Part shown: positions 53,851-64,000 of the stretch, in pieces
How positions within the stretch are numbered: position 1 is the first letter of the stretch
How the letters are laid out: each line of letters opens with the position of its first letter
Assembly (NCBI RefSeq): GCF_006345805.1
Contig: NC_043007.1
Span: 51,336,001 to 51,400,000 of the forward strand
Source: Octopus sinensis
Taxonomy: Eukaryota
Direction: 5' to 3'
DNA length: 64,000 bases
The notes under the pieces: model-generated
Seen by the model: only the letters and a program-made list of their open reading frames with translations
What the model was told of the DNA's origin: nothing
Databases searched by the model: none
Position numbers and translations under genes: made by a program

Positions 53851-54601
53851 AGATCCCTAAGCTACGCAATTTTGCACTTGCTATTGTTTTGCAGGAGGTC
53901 TTTGAATAATTTTTTTTTTTGCTGTCTCTTTCTCTGTATATTTGGTGGGATTTTTTTTTTGGGGGGGGGTATGTTTTTTAGTTTGAACTCTCTTTAATCA
54001 GGCTTTCAGTTGGTTCCTTAACCTTCTCCGCTGTTTGGTGAGGTGATGTTGGGGTTGATTTTTGGGGAGACTTTCCACTTTTTCAATTTCTTCATCCCAG
54101 TGAACCTGAATATCCGCGTTGGTGGTTGCATAGCTTTTTCCTTCCTTACTGGGCTTTTCTTTGTGTCAATCGTATTATTTGAGGATTTGCCATTTTGTCT
54201 CTTTCCGGAATACATCATGAATTATACCTTTTATATGAGAGTTAGTCCGAAAAAAAATTTGAGTTGAATTTGTTCTCTTAGTTTTGGGACACCAGATTTT
54301 TTTGTCAACTAACTCACATATATATAAAGAGTATAAATTTTGTATAAAAATCATTCATGATGAATCTCTGAAAGGGACGAAAGCGATATATAAATAGTTT
54401 TTTTTATCAGAATCTTGAGTATTTCTTTTTTCTTTAAATAGATGTGTCGTGGGGTGGGTTAGGGTTAGGAAGCATGTTTTAACGAGTGTAAAATATCTGA
54501 TATGTCATCAGCTCCAAATTAAAGCGTAACAAATAAACAAACGTATCGAATGTTGTATGCGTTAATATATAATAATTGAAATAACAACAATAATAATAAT
54601 A

Positions 54602-54643
<42 letters not shown>

Positions 54644-54671
54644 GTTTTTGTTGTTGTTGTTGTTGTTGTTG

Positions 54672-55133
54672 TTGAGTGAGAGAGCAGTACATGCCATTAA
54701 AGTGACACTGGAGTAAAATATATGAAGCCCAGTATACCTACCATGCTCACCCGTCTGATAAGGGTACATCAGGTACATGCATCACAACCATACGTGCGCG
54801 ACATAGTGATCTCATATCAACATAAACAGCGGAAGACCTTGGAGGTGGAGCCTAGTTAGAATTTTCTTCAGGATGAGTATTCCATCCAGCTCAAAAGATC
54901 CCTGAATAAGGGTTGTTTAAGGATGTTGAACAAAACACCCATGTTTCAAAAGTGAATTATCCAAACCACAAAGAATTCCTCTGAACACATGGCTATGATG
55001 CTCCCCCAGTACTTCTGCTCATGAACAGAGATGCACATACCATCAGCCATTAAGGGGCATGCTCAACTAGTTAAGATCAAACAACTGACAAGCAAATCTG
55101 TGGTACTGAGCAGAATATTTGCTGTAGCCCATC

Positions 55134-55135
<2 letters not shown>
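54672..55135. mobile_element. ~460-bp interspersed repeat embedded between (TAA)n arrays
   Basis: Sharp microsatellite flanks on both sides. It resembles a common octopus repeat from memory, but there is a single copy here, so this cannot be verified in the window. Confidence 0.4.
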
Positions 55136-55186
<51 letters not shown>

Positions 55187-55848
55187 ATTATTATTATTAT
55201 TATCATTGTTGTTGTTGTTTTTGTTGTTGTTGCTGTTGTAAAAGGTTAACTGTTAAATTATTGTTGAATTTAATTACATCACAGAAGGGGTAAACAATAT
55301 AAACCGGATCACAACGAAGTCAGCCATAACGCAAACATTACATATACACATAGAAGAGTGTTCGTTAAATTTGTGGCAGGTAATTTACATATCTCAGTAT
55401 CATCTGAAAGATATCGTTAGAATATATTTTATGAATTTTTCTGCCAAGGGATTCTGTTGACAGAAGATTAAATCGGAATTAAGTGGCAGAGGCACCATAA
55501 CACCTCGCATAATCTTAATCAGCTTTGTAGATACAAAAGTCATATATCATAAATAATTGATAGAATGTGCCAATATATACACTTTAGTAAACTACAGCAC
55601 GTAATTCCTGTTGTTCAAGCAATTCGACATATTTGTATCTTTTATCTTTTACTTGCTTCAGTTATTAGGTCGCGGCCATGCTAGGGTACCACGCTGAAGG
55701 GCTTAGTCGAGCAAATGAACCCGAATACTTTTCTTAGTATGACATTTATCCACTTATCCTGAACCGCTAGCTATCGAGGATGTAAACAAACCAACACATG
55801 TTGTCAAGCGGTAGTGGATGACAAACACAAGGACACATATGGATAGAT

Positions 55849-55886
<38 letters not shown>

Positions 55887-56978
55887 ACCGTTCATCCCGA
55901 CACATTCTTTTATTTCACCGTCTCTCTCTTTTCTTTCTTTCTTTCTCTCTTCCTCTCTCTCTCTCACATACACTCTCTCTCTCCCTCTCTCCTTCTTTCC
56001 TTCTCGCCATTCTTTTTTTCCTCTCATCACTTTCTATCGAAGAGCGTGGCCGCGAAACATCAAACATTTTCCCATTTTTCTCGAGCCTCAACCTAAAACA
56101 CCTGCTTGTTGTTCCCTCGCTTGTCTCTGTCTTGTTTTCTGTATATTTGAACCATATATATAATCCCATCCCTCCAATCCCATCTAGAAGTGATAAACAT
56201 TGATGTGAATTATCTCACTTGCCCATGATTCTCATGTGTATTAACATTCGGTGCCTTGAGAGAGAATTCTCCCCAGCGCCAAATCACAGCGTGCCGGCAA
56301 ATACACGCTGTTTTTACATTAAGTATATGTGGTTGATACTGTTTATTCTTTTCTACTCTAGGCACAAGGCCCGAAACTTTTGGGGCGGATGCCATTCGAT
56401 TACATCGACCCCAGTACGCAACTGGTACTTAATTCATCGACCCGAAAGGATGAAAGGCAAAGTCGACCTCGGCGGAATTTTAACTCGGAACGAACAGACA
56501 GACGAAATACCGCTAAGCATTTCGCTAAGCATTTCGGTGTGCTAACGTTTCTGCCAGCTTGCCGCCTTGTTGATAATGTTTATTACTCTAGCGGTGCTTC
56601 TATTTCATATTTGAATTTATTCTTGCATACGCATTGTCCGATCATACCTGCACATGGTTTGCACGTTACGTGAATGTAAGTCGTGGACTGTCAAAATGAT
56701 TCATTTCCGATCCTGTTCGGGTACGTGATGCTGATAAGAACACAAAAATGGAGTAACATAGATGTCCATCAATCCTAGATGGGATTAGAAGTGAGTTGTC
56801 TTGGCTGTCCATGACTTTCGGGTGCTTTAATACCTGGCGCTTTGAGGGAGTGTTCTCCACTGCACCAAATCACAGTCTACCGGAAAAATACTCAAAGCAT
56901 ATACATTAAGTATATGTAGTTGATTAATAGATCAGGATCAATAGATCTCAAATTATGAGTATATATATATATATATAC

Positions 56979-57027
<49 letters not shown>

Positions 57028-57029
57028 TA

Positions 57030-57077
<48 letters not shown>

Positions 57078-58402
57078 ACTCATATTATGAGTTCTATTGA
57101 TCCTGTTTGCACTCCAACCACATACATATATTTCTCTAGATATCAGGAATTTTGAGGGTAAGAGAATTGTCGACAGCATCGATCTTACTATTTGACACTA
57201 TATTTTATCGACTCTCAACAGGATGAACGGTAAAATAGGCTTGGGTGAGATTTACACTCAGAATATAAAGAGCTAGGCATTTTTCCGACACTCCAGTGAT
57301 TCTGCTAATCCAGAACGTTTCTGAAGCAGACATGAAAATTAACCATTTCCAGTAGTGGGCGAATAAACTGGAAAGTTTTTACCGAGTTAGCAAAGTTATT
57401 CTTCCCTGGAAATCGAAACCGTATGGTAGGCACAGTTTCCTGAGAACTTATCACTCAACTAATGTCAATGTATTGTCTCTAGAATAACATCGACATATTT
57501 TTCGTAGAGGAAATGAAAGCTTGAGAGACGATTTGTCAAGCTACTTCTGTGGATTTGTGGCTCGCCAATGTGTGTCTTGTTAATCTGAGGTTAGGGTTAG
57601 GTTTAGGGTTAAGTTTAAGGGTTAGGGACTCCGTGGGCATTTGAGATACACCCTTCGTAATATGATATCCATCACGCAATGCGTCATAGAGATAAATGTG
57701 AAAGAATTTCTTGCTATGAGAGGGAGAGAGAATGGGAAGGAGAAAGAAAGAAACAGAAAGAGAGAGAGTGAAAAAATATATTTAGAAAAAAATATGGATT
57801 CATAAAGTGGGAAGGCACAAAGAGAAAGTGAATAGAGAGTTAGAATGATAAGGAGAGAGAAAGAGGTAGTGAGGCAGAGTGGAGGATTAGATAATGAGAG
57901 GGAGAGGTAGAGAGTGTGTCAGAGAAAGAGGGAGAGAAGGAGACAGCTGTAAAACTGGTCATTTAACACTATATGACAGATATAGTAGAGTGTGTGTGTG
58001 CGTGAGTGAGAATGGAAGAGAGAATAGAAGAGAGAGAGGAGAGAAGAAAGAGAAAAAGCAGGGCCGAGCGATATGGATAGTTGTAAAGATATGGAGTGTT
58101 AAAGTTAGATGTAGCGACTGTATGAGTGCATATATCTGTGGGATAGCAGGAAAGATGTTGGAAATGAATGAATGAATGAATAAACAAACAAACAAATAAA
58201 TGAATATATCTAGAGTTAGGAAAGGGGGATGGAAGAGAAAGGAAGACATGAAGGAAAGGCGGTTGTGCGGTATGTCGTAAGACGGTTCCAACACATGCAA
58301 ATTTCTGTCAATTTTTATATTGTGAATGTTGTGGTCACATCACGACGGCAAGAATATTAGTGGGGACAGCTAGAAACAAGAGCAATGTTTATATTAACAA
58401 TA

Positions 58403-58437
<35 letters not shown>

Positions 58438-59203
58438 TACTACTACTACTTAAAGAGATAAAATTCAACAAAAGGTAAACTGTCAACTCCAACATACGAA
58501 CAAAACCACAAGAAGAAGAAGAAGAAGAAGACGAAGAAGAAGAAGAAGAAGAAGAAGAAGAAGAAGAAGAAGAGGAGGAGGAGGAGGAGGAGGGGGACTA
58601 TGGCGACGACGACAAAGGAACAACGACGACAACAACCAAAAAAACTACAGGATGAAGATGTATACAATATGCATTAGGTTGAGTGCAAATTGTGGGAATG
58701 GGTAGGTTCGGCCGAAAGATGATAATGAGATGTTGATGAAGCGATTGGATGAGGTTAGGTACATCGATATACAAACATCTCACAGCGGGATACAGTTAGA
58801 TAGCGGAAGGAAGACGTCTTCCTTTGATTTACTAGTTCTTGTTTTATTTTCTTTGTTTTGCTTTTTTTTTGTCTTTTTTTCTGCATGTAAATTAATAAAT
58901 AATGAAACAGAAATGTATTGTTAATACTGTTGTTATTACTATTTATTATTATTGGCTTTTAATTGTAACTATATGTATGTATGCATGTATTATTTTTTTC
59001 TTTTACTTGTTTCAGTCGTTTAACTGGGGCCATGCTGAAGCGCAGTCTTGGACGGTTTTAGTCGAACAAATCGACCTTAGGACTTATTTTTAAAGCGAAA
59101 ACTTATTCTATCAGTCTTTTCTGCCGAACATCTAAGTTACGAGGACGTAAACACACCAGCACTGGTTATCAAGCAGTGATGGTGGGGGAAAAATACAAAC
59201 ACA

Positions 59204-59252
<49 letters not shown>

Positions 59253-59902
59253 ACACACACATATATATAGTTAATTCAAACATGAACAAAGAGAAAACAT
59301 AACAACGCGAGGAAGTGGAACAAGTATAGTGATATTGGAAGCTCAGGAAAGAAGGAAGGAAGGAGGATTTAACGTTTCGAGCGGAGCTATTTGTCAGAAA
59401 CATAGAAAAAGGAAAGGTCCAAGGAAAGGAAGACGGAGGAAGAAAATCACCTACGATACACACGCGGTCACATATTGAAATGACCGGAAGGGAATGGGTG
59501 AAGAAAAAGTTCTCACGCACGCAGGGCTGCGTGTGTGTGTATGTGTGTAATGATAGCACGTGTGTGTGTGTGGTTGTGGCTGTTTATCTATATGTGTGGT
59601 TGGGCTTAGTATCGTTTAAGGTCATAGGAAGAATTTATAGTTGGAGTGGCTCGTGTTGTGTGTCTACTTACACATGTGCGTAGGAGAATGGTCAGTGAAA
59701 GGTACTGGTAGTTTGCAGTATGTATGTGTGCATGTATGTATGAGTGTGTGCTGTGTGTGTATGGGAGGTATATGTGGGTTCATTTGCGTGTGAGTGTGTG
59801 TATGTATGTGCGTGTGTATTTTGTGAGTGTGCATGTGCATGTGTATGTGAACGAGGGGTTGTGTAGGGGGTATAGGAGCGCTTTTGCGCGTGTATACATG
59901 TG

Positions 59903-59969
<67 letters not shown>

Positions 59970-60140
59970 ATATATATATAAAATTAGAAAAAGCACCTTT
60001 CATCAATTCAAAATGAAGAATTAAATTACACCATCTAGAAAATTACATATAATAGAAATATTAAAATTAAAATAACAATAGAATATCAATGATTCAGTAA
60101 ATTGTAAAAAAAATAATAAAAACGTATATAATTGGTAGAA

Positions 60141-60229
60141 TAACGACACGTGTTTCGTGGCTATATTTAAGAAATGATTATAGTAGTAGTAAAATCACTT
60201 CGATATAAATATAGCCACTCATCAGGTTA
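60141..60229 (-). ncRNA. Type I hammerhead ribozyme with a perfect 13-bp stem II
   Basis: TAAC-CTGATGA-GTGGCTATATTTA...TAAATATAGCCAC-GAAA-CACGTG-TC-GTTA, with inner helix GAAGTGATT/AATCATTTC. GUC cleavage between 60145 and 60144. Confidence 0.88.
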
Positions 60230-62214
60230 AAAATAAACTAGAATAATTAAATAATTTAATAAATATACTATAATATATATATAAATACTAAATATACATA
60301 AGTGAAAACTAAAACAATACTTAAATTATTAAATCCTTTAAAAATTAATTAAAATACACAATGCTAGTACAAGTCATTAAATTGTAATCAAAATATGAAA
60401 TGGTTCAAATATAGACAAACTCATTAAATAAGCTAACTATATAATTAATATACATGTGTAGTATCTATAGATTTAATATATCAATCTATAACATAGTTGA
60501 CTAAATATCAATTAATATAATACCTAATTAACTTAAAATTTAATATTACATGATAAATATGCCACTTAATAATTAAATAATATATTGTCTAACGGAATTA
60601 ATTCTCAAATTAAATTAAATATAATACGTTAGATCCCTTTATATATATAAATATATATATATTTAAAAAAAACCCAAATAAATAGATATAAGAATTAATA
60701 TCTAAGGTAACTTATATATATCAATATATATAAAAATAATATAATGGTGAGAATTATTTGTTAATGGAAATTAAGAAAACTTTTCAGCCCCAGAATTAAA
60801 GAAAGGTGCAAAAATATTAGAACCAATGAAATTTACAATCACAATCACCAGTCCTCTACAAAACCAATCAATAACAATAATAATAATAACAACGGTCAAA
60901 CTCAAAATGATAACAAGATCTAAATATAATGACAATAAGATCTAAATATATTGATAAACAAACTAAGTTACTAAGTTCAACGATTCAATTAATCTATCTG
61001 GATTTTAAATGTATTAATATGTTTTAGCGTCTAATTAATATACCCAATATTATTACTATTCATGAATAATACAATCAAAAATTGGAAATAGTTCAAATAT
61101 ACACAAATCCAATATATAAACTACTTATATTAATATCTATGTATAATATCTATAGATTTAATATATCACATGATAAAAAAAGTTAAACATAAAATTGATA
61201 TTAAAATAAAAACTAGTTTACTTAAATCCCTATATAAATTCCTATATAAAAGATACCATATCCAATATCGAACGTAAAAAATTACTATCAATAAACTATA
61301 AATAAATAATAATATTACAGCAACAATAATAATAACAACAATAATAATAATTATTATAATTTCAAACACAAAACGATTCCAAATTCAAATGAAATAGATA
61401 AACGATAAAATGTCAAACTTATCTTTGCGAAGGAAAAAAGTAACTGAATTTTTAACGCAAAATAGTATAAGCGTTTATAAAATTTAACGCGTGGTGACTT
61501 AGTGCAAAGAAATAGAATACATACTCAATGAAAATGGCAAATTTTTTTATCAATGAAAAATACGAAAAGACCGAAAAAACATTAAAGCCTCATGAACTAA
61601 AGAAAAGTGAGAAAAAAACACAACTTATGGAGAAACTAGCATGAAGACACCCAACTATAACTAACAGACACCTAATAATATATCAATTACAATATTAATA
61701 ACAGCTACATATTAATCCCAAAATAATACAAAATCCAAACGAAATGGCGAAAGAACGTTGCTTAGTTAGTTGAGAAAACATCACTAGATTATAAACGTAA
61801 AGAATAGTTTTGGGCGTCTATAAGAAATAAAACTCGTGGAGAGGTTGCGTGGGAAAATAGAATAAAAATTATTAATGAAAAAGGCTAAAAAAGGCTAAGA
61901 TATGATCTTCGTAGTCACCTGCGAAGGCCACTCCTCGTTCTCTGTCCAGGGCATGGGCTCCTCCCTCCGGGAAGAAAGCTTCTTTATGTTATCAAATTGG
62001 CTCTGGGGGCATTACAATCACAGGTTCTTTTCTTACATAAAAATCAAAAAGTTAATCAAATATCAAAAATACACTACCACTTTTCCCTTCCTCCTCCTCC
62101 CGGACCCCAGTCAAATATCTAGCCGCCTGCAGAGCAGACCACGTTGACACCCGGGAGTTCAGAAAGAAGGCGAAATGCCTATTATCAAATGTTTGTGTCA
62201 CACTGTGCCACAAT

Positions 62215-63477
62215 TTATAACTCACCCTCAACATATTTTGTGCCCGTATCCTCCTCCATCCTCCACGCCTCATTCAAGAACAAAGCGGGTTCCATGTCGG
62301 CGTCGCCCGGGTACAAGCGATATGTCTCATTGAGCCCCTCCAGCCTAAACGTCACGTCAAACGTTATGACCTCTACAGCTATCTGCGGAGGCCATTCGGG
62401 ATCCTGTGTGAAGGCTAAAGGTACTCCCTTATGGTGCTTTTCCACCACCTTTTCAACCTCTCCGCTTCTATAGAAGAAGATCAATAATTCGTCTTCCTCC
62501 GGGGGCGGGATATCCAATTCTTCCGTTTGTGGCACAGTTCCCGCCAACGGTATCTCTTCTCCTGCCGGTGGCACAACCATAACCGACATAGTTCCGGGAC
62601 ATTCCGCTATATGTCACCGACTGCCGGCAATGTCCCGTTTCTCTTCCTCTTCCTCTTTTTTCTTTTCAACTGAGGGAGGGTGCGTCTCCTCCGTGATCGG
62701 GAGATTCGCCTCCCCATCCTCATCCCTAGGATCCTTCGGTGAGCACCCATTGTTGCTCACCTTCTTCCTCTTGCGGCCCCTGTTTGCGGAGTCCTCCGCC
62801 TCCTCGACCGCATTCATTCCCTCTTCTACAGATGTCTCACTAAACTGCTCCAGGACCTTACTTTGTTCCTGAGGACAGTTTTTCTTTATATGGTCAGACT
62901 CCAGGCACCGATGATACCTGAGGAGGGGGCAACCTTCAAGAATCGCCGGGTACCTGCACCCGGCCATTTTAAAATAATCTGGAAAAACCAGATTGGCTTT
63001 TTGGGTCCAAAGGGTCAAAATAGCTTTTGACCCAAGCCAATCAGCCACAGGAAAAAATTTCACATTAAGGAGCTTGGCTCCGCTGCCATCCAGACCCCGG
63101 CGGATAGTCTCTTCTATCCACTCGGGTTTTATCCCGGGTGGCAACCCGCAGAGCCGAGCTTTCGTCAACCTCCTCCCATAATATGTGAGAAGAAACAAAA
63201 TTTCTTTACATCCAAGGGCTGACTCATAATTTGCGAGCCTCTTCAAGGGTATCAAATAGCAATCGCACCGTTGCGTATTTGACACCCCTGGACATGAATT
63301 TAATTGTTGGCAAATACTCTGCCAACTCCTTTTCAATTGCAGTCTTTCGAATAGGGCGATGGTGTCGAATGACTTGGAGTAGGTTCTCAACACCACCGTC
63401 CTATCTTCACGGTCTTTCAACCACTTTTTGGGCGTTACAATCTCCCACCCCAATACTTTGTCTTTTTTCATTGCCAT
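62215..63477 (-). pseudogene. Retrotransposon ORF1/gag-like gene (about 420 codons) broken by one in-frame stop
   Basis: The 287-aa and 124-aa ORFs are in the same frame, separated by TGA and 8 codons. Zinc knuckle YHRCLESDHIKKNC (first Cys lost), basic RKRKK cluster, acidic/Pro-rich tail. L1/Tx1-type ORF1 is the closest architecture. Confidence 0.75.
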
Positions 63478-63766
63478 GTTTCCCTTCTTTTTTAACAGTT
63501 CGAAAATATGTTCAAAATAAAACGAGAGAAGAAAAAAGAAATCAAAAGAAAGTCACAATAAAATGGAAAGGAGAAAAGGAAACAATTCACGAAAAAGAGA
63601 AAGTCAAATAAAGTTTAGAAGAAAGTCAATAGTTCAGAAACACAGAAAAAAAAATATTCCGGCCATTCGGTACTCCCGGCCCGGGTTTAACCCGGAATGC
63701 TACAACTGGAACACAACTTCCACAAAAACTGGTATACAAATCGTTCAATCTTCGGAGGCAAAGACA

Positions 63767-63968
63767 CTCCCCCAAACAGCAGTTCTCACAGTTATTTTTT
63801 AATTCTTCAAAAAGTGAACAAATTTTTAGTAGGCACGATATTCCTCCAAGCAACAATTCTCATAATTAAGTGAGAAAAATATTCACTTAACATAAACCAC
63901 TAACTAGGAAGACGAATACGCCCCCAAACAAAAATTCTCACAATTAAGCGAGAAAAAATATTCGCTCC
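63767..63968. repeat. Three degenerate ~77-bp tandem units upstream of the ORF1-like gene
   Basis: cc(c/t)c(c)aa...(a)ttctca(c/t)a(a/g)tta recurs at about 63767, 63843 and 63921. Confidence 0.65.
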
Positions 63969-64000
63969 ATGCAAGTAGACCAGAATTCTGAATCCAGTAA

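Overview
AT-rich, microsatellite-dense eukaryotic DNA, most likely intronic or intergenic sequence from an octopus. This is inferred from the tRNA-SINE families and the (TA)n/(CA)n/(GATA)n density. No intact host gene is recognisable. The window is a mosaic of decayed transposons: a DD36E Tc1-type element, a full-length defective DD34D mariner, a maT-like remnant, MITEs, a hAT-like remnant, RTE, CR1-like, HERO-like and R4/Dong-like LINE fragments, two gag/ORF1-like reading frames and three SINE families. The most notable signal is about 16 type I hammerhead ribozyme (HHR) motifs read by eye (11 with a canonical core, 5 with core variants), from several unrelated Penelope-like or retrozyme-like families. 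Three structures stand out: a 474-nt non-coding tandem unit whose repeat boundary falls exactly on the predicted cleavage site, a 370-bp foldback with an identical HHR on each strand, and a 1.4-kb HHR-tipped palindrome. Pairings and coordinates were determined by hand. Ribozyme activity and expression are untested.
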